A stretch of DNA of 64,000 nucleotides from Mytilus californianus (taxonomy: Eukaryota). Both the position numbers and the translations under genes were made by a program. Of the stretch, positions 52,221-64,000 are shown one piece after another (within the stretch, counting starts at the first letter, position 1; each line of letters begins with the position of its first letter). The stretch lies in the NCBI RefSeq assembly GCF_021869535.1, contig NW_026262615.1, forward strand, positions 28,396,001 through 28,460,000. Reading direction: 5' to 3'. The notes below the pieces were generated by a model, which saw nothing but the letters and a program-made list of their open reading frames with translations, was not told where the DNA came from and did not search any database.

Positions 52221-52870
52221 TCGAATCTAAAGATTTGAAAACCCAAATAAAATATGAGGTTAAAGAGCATTGAGCACACAAAATATGTTTTTCCGGAACT
52301 TTTATCATTAGGAATAAGCAAAGGAATACAATCAGAACCGAATTCTCGTTCATGTTAAAGAAAAACTTCCGAAAGGTTTTTGTCAATACAGCTAAGGTAA
52401 TCTATTTCTGAAATAAACAATCCTCCGTATGTTGAACAATTCTAAATTTTGTAAACAGATAATTTAACATTCATTCTTTAACCCAAGTAGTACGCATCAT
52501 AATTTGTATCATAATACCTTATATTATGTTCAAATCATATTGACAGCAACTGAATTGTTATTTACAGTATTTTCTCTTTCTTCTCCTTTCAGAAATTAAT
52601 TTTTTCCTTGAAACCTAATTCAGGTTGGAAGCCAGAAGAAATGTCGTTACAAGAAAGCTACACCAATGAAAAGTGTCACGAAGGCACTGTTATGGAAAGG
52701 TTGAAACTAAATGTTTTTGGTGACTAATGGCAACTTATATACTTGTACAACTGACTAATTATTGTATATAAAGCATGTACTATTTTTCTGTGATTTTTTC
52801 TAAACTATTTATCAAATTTTGTTCATTATATTTTCATTTCTAAAAAAAATTCTACATATATATACTAGTC

Positions 52871-52876
52871 AATAAA
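52871..52876 (+). promoter_or_regulatory. Candidate polyadenylation signal of the SLC6 gene
   Basis: AATAAA ~145 nt after the stop at 52727. Confidence 0.4.
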
Positions 52877-55800
52877 AGAAGCAATACAAATCAATGCAGT
52901 TTCTATATATAATGGAATTGAAAACACAATGCCAAACTTAAAGAAAAATTACAATTTTGGTCTCATAATTATATTCAAGGCAAAACGCGAATTTTTTATT
53001 TCGCAATTTTATTGATTTAATTTTGTTTTCACCTTCGAATCTGAAAGCAGATATAAAATCTCAAACATTAAGCACACAACTGGTCCGATTTTATTTTGAG
53101 TGCCTTCATAGATTCTCATTTTTGAATACCGATTTTTGTCATGACTTTCGCAAAATAAATTGACACCTGTATTTTCTTACTTTCAACTTAATCAGTTTTT
53201 GTTAAACAATGATACACACTAACTTTGAAAATAATGTTATTCTTTGAACGATTTAACAATGTTTTCCCTATTTCTTTCATTTGATGATAAATTGGAATTC
53301 AAACTTGTATATCGTTACTTTTGGTGACTAGTTATATCCTCTTATAACAAAATATATATTTACTCGATCGCCGCGGGTGGGAGTATTTTACTTCAAAAAC
53401 TTGTGTGGTTTTAGGCGTTATCACGAAACACATAATCATACATATAAATAAGGCTTTTATCACTGAACTTTTGAAAATTCTTAACTTTGCACCTTTGCAA
53501 CTGTATGTGCAAAAAAAGAAGATAGTTCAATTTATATTATCCGGATATTCAGCTCCGTCAAATTTTATGGAGTTCGGTTGGAAGATTTATTTTATAGTTT
53601 GATAAGTAAAAATTGGATCATTGGATAGTTTAGGAAATATTTTGCTTCACAGAAATGTAAGAATTTGTCTATCATCAAACATTTCTAGATGTCGGTGAAA
53701 TTTTTGTCTCAGTTGATCATTGGAATAACTGTCAGATTTAACAGAGACATGGTCACGGCAAAGTCTTTGAATGCTTTCAAGTAAAGTTCATATTGATTAC
53801 GCACACCTATATAAGTTTCATTTTTTATCAGTATTTATACTAATATTATTATGTGAGGTAAAATTCTCACTTTGACAATTTGAAGATCAATGATTTGTGT
53901 AGAAGCCATTGACTTTTTTTGACCTGAAGACAACGATAGAAAATGTACAATGGTACAGAGGTAAAGTGTTATTCGGCCTGTCTCGCTGGGCTCTACGGTT
54001 ACCCCAAGGCCTTATACAAGCTATGCTAAGTGTGAATGTGCCTTTATCTTCCTACTAGGTGTCAATCCCTGCTAACTTCGCCAGGTCCTAAATCTATGGT
54101 TCCCTGCCTTGCTCGTTCCGCCGTAAGAGAGAGATGCACTCGAAGTAGAGGCTGAGAGTACCAAACTGTGACCCTTGTGTCATGTGTCCTTTCGGATCCC
54201 CCGGTGCTGTACCAGTACCCTCATGAAAGGCTGGGGAAACCCCCTTGTACTACAGGGCAATTACACAACAGAGGTATATGCAGGTATAAAGGTGAAAGGA
54301 AACTTTGTTCTTAAAGTCTAGTTGTAAACAAATAAATTCGGTGATATGACGGGACGTTGTAGAATGCGTCAAGCAAAAAAAAAAAAAGAGAAATATGTCT
54401 TTCAAGACTTCAGAAGGGGACTACCATTTTATTTTCTGAGGGAGGGGGCAGGAGGATTCTGAAAATGAATATCCTGTCCTTGGAAAAAATAACCATGGAT
54501 AGCAACAGATGAAAATGAAAAGTCAATCCGCAAAAATCCTTCTACAAATCCCCCCAAAATATAAAATGGTAATCATCTATATGTTTGGACTAGTGACCAG
54601 GGACACCCTGTTTTGTAGGCTTTCATATATCAAATATCGTAGGGATAAACTAGAATAAGAGGTGAGCGACAGTATATATAGACCTAAAGATCATATTGCA
54701 TGTATTGGTATATCATATTTACGCATGAAAGTCTTTCATAAACAGATTGAAGGCTGTTGTAAAATCAGAGGGCCCAAAGCATTTTTTTTTGTAGTGCATT
54801 TCTTATAGAAAATTACTCTAATTAAAAAAATTGTACCTGGTCTATGTCAATAAGATTTTGACAGTGTTGACTAATTTCAGACAAATTATATCGATATTAT
54901 AGAAAAATCTACCTGCTCTAATTCCAAATAAGGACAATTTAATTTCTGTTAAGGGGTCTTTTATACAGTTTGACGGCTTCGGGCATACTAATTTTGGACC
55001 TTATTTAGCTGGACCAAATCATTACTCTACCTTAAAATTCATGACCCAGTATATTATTTCATGTAATTTCCCCCCTCCTTATTTTTGTATGCATAAAATG
55101 TAAAGAAATGACGTTAGAAGGTGTAAGAAAAAAATGGCAAGGTACATGTATACCTATTCTTCTGTTACCTATTCTAACATTGGAATCGGACGTCTTTTAA
55201 ACTGAGTTTTACTATTCGTATTGCTGTGTGCTTATTTATTCCACATTGGCTTTAGACTTTTTGCCAAATATTGTTTAAATCGTGCTTTTCCCAAATTATA
55301 ATTAGAATATTGGAATATTTTACTTGTTTTATGCTACATGTTATGCAGAATCGTCACATTTTGAAACGATTGTACAGTGTAAAACATTATTTTGTAAAAG
55401 AAAACAAACTGAATGATAGAATATTAAAATAAGATGTGAGGAAAACAGTTTTAAAAACATTTTATTATAATAAGACCATCGTTTTCGTTATTTATATAAT
55501 TTTATTTAATAGAATATAGATAAAAGTGGTTCGTATCGCAACCAATCATGTTAAAGAAAATAGTAAAAGGTAAAAACTCGAACCACGACTTCTGTGTTAT
55601 AATCATCTTATTACGTAATGGAAAGGATGGCAGATGTCAATAAGTTTTCTAAAACAAGTTCTGGTGGACAATCACAAACTTTTTCATTGGAAGGGGTATA
55701 ACATTATGTAAGGGCAATAAGCAATTGTACACAATATTCTCAAAAGGTAAACCTACAGTAAAGTGTAATTCTTTATGAATTTATCGTTTAAAATTTTCTT

Positions 55801-56224
55801 TTTAGTGGTATTTTTTTCTACCATTTCTACGTTTGCTATTATTTGTTTTCCTGTTTTCCATTTCGCTTTTGTTTCCCTTCAATCATTTCAGCTGAGCAAA
55901 ATCCTTTGAAATATTGGGAGTAGTCGAATGATTCGTATAAGTCAGCAGATGACGAAAATCATGATATATTGAAAAAAAGGCAATAGAAACAACATAAAAC
56001 AAAGTTAAATGATTGATAACAGCACACACTTACTTTTGGTACCTTTTTATTTAATCCATGTTAAATGCTGAAATTAAGTAGCTATTCTAGTCACAATGTT
56101 GACTGCTGTACCCCTATTTTTGACATTTTTACCTATTATGTCTGTTTTGTTTTGTTCACACATCGTTGTCAATATAATGAAATTTTATGCGACTGTCATA
56201 CAAGTCTGAGGTTTAGCTACCTAC

Positions 56225-56765
56225 TTTGCCAAAATGAAGATTTTACTATTTTTTTTTTTCAAAAAAATGATAAAAAGTATGGGTCACCGCGCTATTTGTC
56301 AAGGTACGAGTCGTTCAAAATTTCCAAAAAGACTGTTCATGAAAAAACACATTTTTGTGCATAAAAAGAAATCTATCAGACAGAATTTTGAAATAAAATA
56401 TGAGAAGATAGGGTTTATAATATATTTTAAGAAAATAAAAAGAAAAAATGGTGTCACCGAACTTGTTTTCTTGCTACAAGTAAAAAATGAAAATTTCCTT
56501 ATATGTCAAGTACAAATTTTGTACTTAAAGAGTTATCTTCCCTTAAATGGCTTATAAAAAATTAATTCTAAAAGCACAAATATTTGGTATTTGTTAAATA
56601 TTTTGATAATGCAATGAACAACTAAGTTTTCTTTATATAAATAAACAGTGTAACCAAAAAATTGCAAATCTGTCTCCAAATTTGCAGATTTCGGCAAAGA
56701 ACTAGACCGATTATTTACTGTAATTGTACAATTCAAGATGGCGGTATACCCTTGAACTACCTTAA
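56225..56765. mobile_element. Truncated TTAA-ended DNA element
   Basis: Ends GAACTACC-TTAA; internal GAGTTATCTTCCCT motif; other end not found. Confidence 0.4.
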
Positions 56766-57809
56766 GAAAATATATATTAAGAAAACAATTCGTTTCTTTA
56801 TGCAGCTTTACAAAATGACAAAACGATACAGGTATAAATAAAGATCAATATAGTAAAAATAATGCTAGTCGGGAAGAAATCGACCTTATGCAAATGAATA
56901 TCAATACATCTGTCACCTATTTCGGATTGAACAAATCTCAATGGAAAGTCTTTAACTGTTTAGAAATTGAGATGCTATAAGAACCCTAGAAAACATACCA
57001 AATTTCATCTTTTCTTTCGAATTTGAATATGCCAATATCAATTAAAGTCTTATACATGTACATCTGGGCGCAGGACATTTTAGCGAAAATTTTCAAACTA
57101 CTAGGGGACATTTTAGCGCAGACATTAGAGCCCATTTTAGCGCAGGATTAATCTGTTCACCTGTATTTTCAATAGCAAATTTTAGCGAAAACTTACCTGG
57201 TTGAATAATATTCACCTTACTTAAACCACGTATAAGCCCATGTACTTCATAGCAAACTAAAAATGGTCCAGAGTCGTTCCATTCCCATCTTTATGAGCAA
57301 TTTTATAGTTGTCACCAGCTATTTACGTTTTTCTTGACACTATCATCAAATTGCAAACAACAACATATATAAAAATACGAAGTATTAAAGACGAATGCAC
57401 CACAATTTAGACAAGATAAAGAGAAAGAACAGTTCCTACTGCAATTTTCTGAACAGTATTGTACAGGGGGTATATCCAGAGCCCATCACCTTCGATTCTA
57501 TTAAAAAAAATATTATTTTTTATTATTCATTATCAAATGGGTTAAAAATATTGCGCTAAAATGGGCATTGATAATTTTATTTTTTTTGGAAATACATGAT
57601 GTTACATTGAACGTCGATTAACGGTTAAAAATATTGGACACTGATTTGAAAATGTGACGTCAGATTTGGACGTCGATGTGAGGAACGGGCGTCGATTGGA
57701 GACCGGACGTCAATTTGCGTCTAACATATATGTATTCATTTGCCATATTGGACATACATGTTGTTATTCTGATACACGTGACAACTCAAGTAAAAAAAAA
57801 TTATGTTAC

Positions 57810-58400
57810 TTATATTTGGAATGTAAAGTTTAACACTGGGCCTGTATCGGCTTGGGTACTCGAAGGCTCTATATTGGGCACCATTTTATTTTTAATCTAA
57901 ATAAATGACATATTCAATGATATTGAATGTGATGTGATACTTTTTGATGTCGACTCTTCAATTTATATTATGGATGATAAGGAATACGAAGCAGCATTAA
58001 AGTTAAATAGAGATATTGAGAAGATACATATTTGGTCTAATTGATGGCTTGCTACTTTAAACCTAAACACAAAAGAAATATGACTATCTAAAATAAGCAC
58101 CACAAATCTATCACCCATAAATTTATATGAATAATGATTTCATAAGAGTAACCAAGTCCAACACACATTTAGGGATTATTATAAAGAAGACGAAAGCTTG
58201 AATATTCATGTAAACATTATTATTTATATGGCTATTTCACGATTAGCCTTATTCCGAAAGATGATGATTAAATTAAAAAAGACAAATTTAGAAACTATCA
58301 ATGTACCTTTTATAAGCCAAGTCTTAGAATATGGTGATATTGTCTTATGTGGGTTTGTTCCAGTGACTGTCTGTCAAGAAAATAAAAGTTAAATAACTCT
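57810..58400 (+). mobile_element. Old CR1/L2-type RT fragment
   Basis: EGSILGTILFLI*INDI, LFDVD (from LFADD), HLGII, VLEYGDIV. Confidence 0.75.
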
Positions 58401-59251
58401 TTGTTTTTTGTTTTGTTTTTGTTTATTTATTAGAAGTTATTATATGTTACCTCAAATGACTTTACTGTGGCCCAGTCATACTGTTTGTTAAGTAATTGTA
58501 CTTTTGTCAGGAGACGGATTAATTAACGTTTTTCTAAGCTTGTTTCTAAGTCCCATATATGAATTTTATTCCCAATTTTAGTACATCATTGATATAACTT
58601 TTCATTATTAAATATTGTTTAACTAAACATAGACATGATAGAATTTATTCCGAATATAACGCTAGAATTGGAATAAACCTCCATCGGGTACCTTGTTAGG
58701 CAATTAAAATTCTTATTGATGTAACTATATCTATCGTTGTATTGATTAGTTAGGTACACATAAATAACAGCTGATAAGTTTGTAATGCATACTTATTCTA
58801 AATGAAATAAATCGATTTTTCCCGGTTATGAATTGTGAAAAAAAAATCGTTGTAATGAATACAATTGCATTCATTTCTTATGATAATCATTTGAATAAGA
58901 AACTTTACAAGAAAATATCAACAAACGTTTAGTGCGACTAAGTTAACTTAACTTAAAAGTCCCAAATTTACAAGATGCTAAATAAAAGTATGGTCCAGTC
59001 TCTTTTAAGAAAAAGAAATCTTTCATGAAATTAATGTACATACTTCTTTGGTGTGTTTATCATAACCCTTAAACCTCACATCGCTGATTTTCGATTATTG
59101 TTCATGGTAAAGTAAAAGTCAGACATTGCCATTTATTGCTCATACTATCGTCTCAAAGAGTATAACTAGCCCGGTAGTAAGTACTTTTTGGCGCTGACAT
59201 GGAATAACATTTTAGAAAATGACTGTTTTAAAAATTACTAATGATTTGAAT

Positions 59252-59470
59252 CAACAGGAATAGATTGCTTTATCAGTATTTTGTCCATTCGAAACAACAG
59301 GAATAGATTGCGTTATCAGTATTTTGCCCATTCGAAACAGCAGGAACAGATTTGCTTTATCAGTATTTTGCCAATTTGAAACAACAGGAATAAATTGCAT
59401 TATCAGTATTTTGCCAAATAGAATTTGAAACAACAGGAATAAGTTGTTTTATCAGTATTTTGCCCATTTG
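59252..59470. repeat. 43-bp minisatellite, ~5 copies
   Basis: Unit CAACAGGAATAGATTGCTTTATCAGTATTTTGCCCATTCGAAA. Confidence 0.93.
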
Positions 59471-59526
59471 CGGTTTTTAAAATTGTTTACTACCCTGTCT
59501 AGTTCGCCTTAATACTTTATTGATTC

Positions 59527-59575
59527 AGTCATCACTGATGAGTTTTATGAAGACGAAAAGTGCGTTTGGTGGACT
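59527..59575 (+). ncRNA. Hammerhead motif, core CUGAUGA/GAAA intact, GUU cleavage triplet
   Basis: UCAUCA CUGAUGA GUU uuaugaa GAC GAAA AGUGCG UU UGGUGG; stems I and II pair, stem III mismatched. Confidence 0.6.
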
Positions 59576-60119
59576 TCATTATACGCCTGGTATCGTTGAT
59601 AAGAGTCTCGCTCATAAATCAAGGGAAACCAACAAGCGCTGAGTGCTTTGCTTGAACTATGAAAGGAGCGAGACTGGTTGTGTCCAAAGAAAAAGTATCT
59701 CCTGATCCACATGCCAAACAATTTCACATGCAATTAAAATTTCACGTTTTACCGTATACCTCTTTTGAGTTGTTATTTGTGCAAGGGTCTTACCGCTGTA
59801 AACGAAGTACGCACACAGTGAACATCCATTACGAACGTATACTACGGAGAATAGGGTATGTTACTTCTAAACAATTGGTAGTTGACAATTAATAAGTTGT
59901 AGTTTTCACGTTTGGCATAAAATCTAGTGTGTAAGTCGTATGTCAACGATTCTTTATTATAAGTCTTCTATCTGTGTCACTGTTGATTTGAAGCGTACTT
60001 TCTATTTTTGGTAGATTCTCAATCTTATTTATGGATGAAGGGGCGAAAGATACTAAAGGGACAGTCAATATTTTGACAGATCATTATATATTGATATCAT
60101 GTTAGACTTAGATGCATGA

Positions 60120-61390
60120 TTTTTTTTATTAATAGTTATTGGCTTTGAGCTAGCTGTCAGTAACTGCAAATACTGTCAGATATGTTCTTACTGTCTTTTT
60201 GATATGTGGGTGTATAAACACCTTGCCACGTCAGAACTGATGTATTTCTGGTTTGTATCCACCCTTTTCATTTAATCTTTATTGTTTGTTCTTATGTTGA
60301 ACTGTTACACTCTGTCCGGAGTGTTGCACATTCAAACTACTTGTAGGTTACCCCGCCACATCCTGTACGTGCCTGTCACAATCAAGAGTCTGAAATGCAT
60401 TGATGTCGTTTGTTGCTGTGAACCATATTTGCTTTTTGTTTATTATTCTCTCCATGAATAAAAGCATGAGTAATATACCGCTGTAAAACGCTGAAGCAGG
60501 CCACTTGTTTTCTTGTTTAAATTGTTGTAAAAATGTCATCTCGGAGCCTTTAGTAGCTGACTATGCGGCATGCGTTTTACCAATTGTTGAAGGTGACCTA
60601 TAGTTGTTAATTTATGTGGAGAGTTATCGCATAAGTAATCATACGATATCTGCGTGTTTTATATCATACTAGATACACAATATGTGGGAATTTCAATAGT
60701 GTAGTTAACTTTTAGTGTCTTATATAAATAAGTGTGGATACAATTTTGAGAATGTTCCCATGCAGTTCTCAAAAAGAAGCGACGTTTAAACATGTTAAAT
60801 GTTGTGTCATATTGTAACAATCTTACAGTTTTGTAAAGATATATTGTGATTAGTTTAGGTGAAGAAAATGAAGAAAAAAATGTCATTTTCCATTTGTCTT
60901 CAGCTTTAGTCTTTAAAAGTGATATTCGCCAGACATGGCAGTATACACTAAATTTCAATTTGTTATTGTTATAGTCTTTGAAAATGCTTTTAGTTACTGC
61001 AAAAATTCTTATTTCGGTGCTTTATGTCTATTGGTTTATGTTGGTTGTGCTGTAATACCACTGTCTTGGGTTGATTGGGGGGTTGAGCACTTACGAACAT
61101 GTTCGATAACTCCTATTTCTGTATGTGCATATCCAAAGGTAGTTGTTGTCGTTGGTTCATATCTGCTGTACTTGTTTTTCATATGTTTGTTAAGTTATAG
61201 TTATGAATTTGGCCTTTTGATTACGAAATTGAATTGTTCCAAATTATTCATATCGGAGCCTTTTTTAGCCGACAACATGATATCGGGTTTTCTCATTCTC
61301 GAAGGTTATATGGTTGTTTGTAATTGCTTGCATCCGCTACATTGGACAGTTGTCTTATTAACAATCATAGCATATCTCCTCTCTATATAT
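60120..61390 (+). repeat. Two consecutive copies of Penelope-type 3' regions (60120-60660, 60960-61390); a related copy starts near 63680
   Basis: Reverse complement of 34701-35260 motifs; both end in degenerate versions of the shared ATCATA..ATCT terminus. Confidence 0.65.
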
Positions 61391-62109
61391 ATATATGCTT
61401 TTTTTTCTAAAAATTGGATCTATATTGTAGAAAATGTATGCGTCTTACAGCCATTACTGTTGTAATTGTAAATTCCGATACCCAATACAACAAAACTGAA
61501 AAATTGATTGCCTTTATAATCTTCAAGATTTGTGTAAAGGAACAGAATACTACATTTTGATTAGTGATTTTATTATGTATTTTGGAGCAGAAGGCTATTT
61601 CATTAATGTTATTTTGCTATTCCCTTTTCAAACTATTTAGAATTCAACTTGATCGACTACTGTAACATCGAGACCAGAATACAATTTAGAAATAAAAGCC
61701 TGTACGTCCTTCTAAAAATGGGTAAATATAGCAAATTAAACTTCTGTAATATAACTATTCAAATTATGCCAAAATACCATTAATCATTCCTCAAAACTGA
61801 CCGCCATTAAATAGCCAATAGTCATGAAAGTGGCGTTAAACACAAATCAATTAACCAATTAATATTTCTAATGACCTGATTTATGTACAAAATGAACAAA
61901 AACATGTATGATACACAAAACATCGATGTGTGTACAAAACAAACAGACATAATAGGTAAAATTGTCAAAAATAGGGATATATCAGTCAACATTGTGTTAT
62001 AATTTTAATCAATATAAAAACAAACAAGTATGTAACAAAGAAGCAGATCAAGGCATATCGACAAAGCATATTAGCAAAAATTAAAGACAAGAATACACAA
62101 AATTAAAAT

Positions 62110-62403
62110 TCTAAATAAATTATTCACACTTGTTCTATAGAAATATACTTTTTATTGTCTGGATATATTCAAAATAAATCATCCACACTGATCAGTGTCC
62201 ACACTTGTTTTATATAAATGTATTTTTTTATATTGAGGTAAAATTCAAAATAAATCATCCACACTGATCAGCGTCCACACTCGTTCTATAGAAATGTATT
62301 TTTATATTGAGGTAAAATTCAAAATAAATTATTCACATGGATCAGTGTCCAAACTTGTTCTATAGAAATATACTTTTTATTGTAAGGTAGAATTCAAAAT
62401 AAA
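62110..62403. repeat. ~75-bp tandem repeat, ~4 copies
   Basis: CAAAATAAAT at 62170, 62246, 62320 and CAAAATAAAA at 62395. Confidence 0.9.
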
Positions 62404-64000
62404 ATTGGTATCAGGTGTTTGTGTTTGTGTGTGTGTTCATTATCCCCTAAAATTAACACTCTGTCCCAATTCTTTTTCTTGTTCATTCCTATTATTATCC
62501 ATATCCATTTCTTCTTTTCTTCTTCAATATGCCAGACCCTTTCTTATATTCTAATCAAAAAACATTTTTTTGCACAATTGTAAAAAAAAAAAAAATATTC
62601 AACTGCGCAGTTTATCGTGTGTCAGAAGTAGCATTTCTGGAAACATTTAAATTTAATGTTACTCAGTAGATATAGTTTCGTATAAGCGAAACTATATTTT
62701 GTTTGATCATTTTGCGCACAAGAAAAAAGTGCTAAATAGTGTTCATACATAAGTTATCGTTTACACAGAAATACTGAAAACGAACTAATTTTCGCGGAAA
62801 CTTTATTTCGCGTTTAGCCCTTTTTGACCACTTTCGCGGCGATTAAATTTTACGATTCTACAACTTACTTGATGAAGATAAATAAGGAAACGTCCAAGTT
62901 TTATCTGATAAATTATTTCATTTAGGATTTCAAAAGTATTGTAAGCCAAAAATCATCATAAGATTTTATTTTCAAGGTTTTCAGCAACTTTGTTTTCTCA
63001 TTGTTCCCTGGCTGATAACATATGCTAACATTTATATCAGAATATCGGCCTGAAATTAATATTACCAAAACCTTTAGCAACTATAAATTTAATGTGTCTG
63101 TGAAATAACATAAAACAGTTCCCAAACAAATGAAAAATGTTTCAACTAATTTTTTTTGTTATAGCTCTATATTTATGCTAAATTGTATATATAATCAATG
63201 CAATACTTTTATTCGTCTTAAAAGTTCAATACTATTTGTTTGAGATCAGAGTTTAATAGTTCCTTTGTTTATTGTAGAAATTGTTTGTTGTTCTGTGTAA
63301 AGTTAATTGGAGTCATTTTTCCTCGCATTGAACACATAAATCTTTAATTATCCTTGAAAGAATATCAGGATGTTGAAACACGAATCTGGCGTTAAAAAAT
63401 TGAATCATGGTATCTTGTCAATAGGACTGGTAGTGTTCCTTTATAGGAAACCATAGCAAGAAGCTTAACCATAATTACCCTTCGAAAAATAATTATAAGA
63501 GAGTGAAGATCTTTAATAATAGTTTCCATGGTTTCGACTTGGTTCAACATCTTAAAAGAAAAATCATTTACAAAACAAATGATGTTTTTCAATTACAAAC
63601 ACTAAATATAGTTTTTTATCTAGTTCAATGGGAGGTTAAACACAATTAAGTTTGATAATAGTTTTCCCGCCTTCTATATATTATTGCTTATGATCTATTG
63701 TAAATATTATATTAGGGTCTGGATAGGGGTCATGCATGTCTGTGGTCTTTATTATTTTCGGTCCTTTTCCCTTATTCTTTATATTTTGTTGCCCATTATT
63801 TTGTAATCTTTATATCAAAGCACTCCATTATTCTCTTATTTCGGTGCTTCATGTCTATTGTTTCTATGTTGGTTGTTTTGTGCCGAGCACTAATGTTTTT
63901 GGTTGAGCACATTGCCTTTGGCTGTTACAGTTTGTTCTAAGTTTGTACTGTAGCACCCCTGTTCAAGGTTTGAGGGAGGGTTCAGCACGCCAATTGTGTA

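Larger units (their letters stand above)
37949..52727 (+). pseudogene. SLC6 (NSS) Na+/Cl--dependent amino-acid transporter-like gene, 10 recognisable exons, 5' part disabled
   Basis: Exons 37949-38052, 38623-38744, 39341-39444, 41517-41641, 43290-43402, 45092-45220, 45535-45631, 48789-48889, 50526-50696, 52593-52727. Motifs [44 protein letters not shown]. Gly rather than Asp in VGLGN indicates the amino-acid rather than monoamine type. Confidence 0.9.

Noticed and set aside
57190-57330. Possible minus-strand exon ending in CAG|GTAAGT
   Set aside because: No convincing acceptor, homology or partner exon
60935-61465. 176-aa hydrophobic ORF
   Set aside because: Lies over a dispersed T-rich repeat; the hydrophobicity is compositional
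62900-63060. KLFHLGFQKY.. as a possible Penelope thumb fragment
   Set aside because: Similarity too weak to support without alignment

Overview
AT-rich, intron-containing eukaryotic DNA. The repeat landscape suggests a bivalve, most likely Mytilus (recognised from memory, not searched). Three spliced genes, mostly missed by the ORF track, can be rebuilt by hand. (1) A DHDH-like (Gfo/Idh/MocA) gene on the minus strand at 1-4892 has two premature stops and runs off the window. (2) An intact 3-exon secreted F-type lectin with an N-terminal coiled coil lies at 30771-32981 (212 aa). (3) An SLC6 Na+/Cl- amino-acid transporter gene at 37949-52727 has a ruined 5' part (two stops, a frameshift, TM3-5 exons absent), while its last 8 exons are still fully open. 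The rest is mostly mobile DNA: a ~8 kb inverted pair of minisatellite arrays (6.9-14.9 kb), CR1/L2-type LINE relics, Penelope-like RT relics with many 5'-truncated 3' ends, type I hammerhead-ribozyme motifs, TTAA- and TA-flanked MITEs, SINEs and several minisatellites. I found no clearly new biological system. The best leads are the hammerhead element family with its conserved downstream RNA module, the giant foldback array, the half-dead SLC6 gene, a templated insertion that preserves an ancestral codon, and the atypical F-type lectin.
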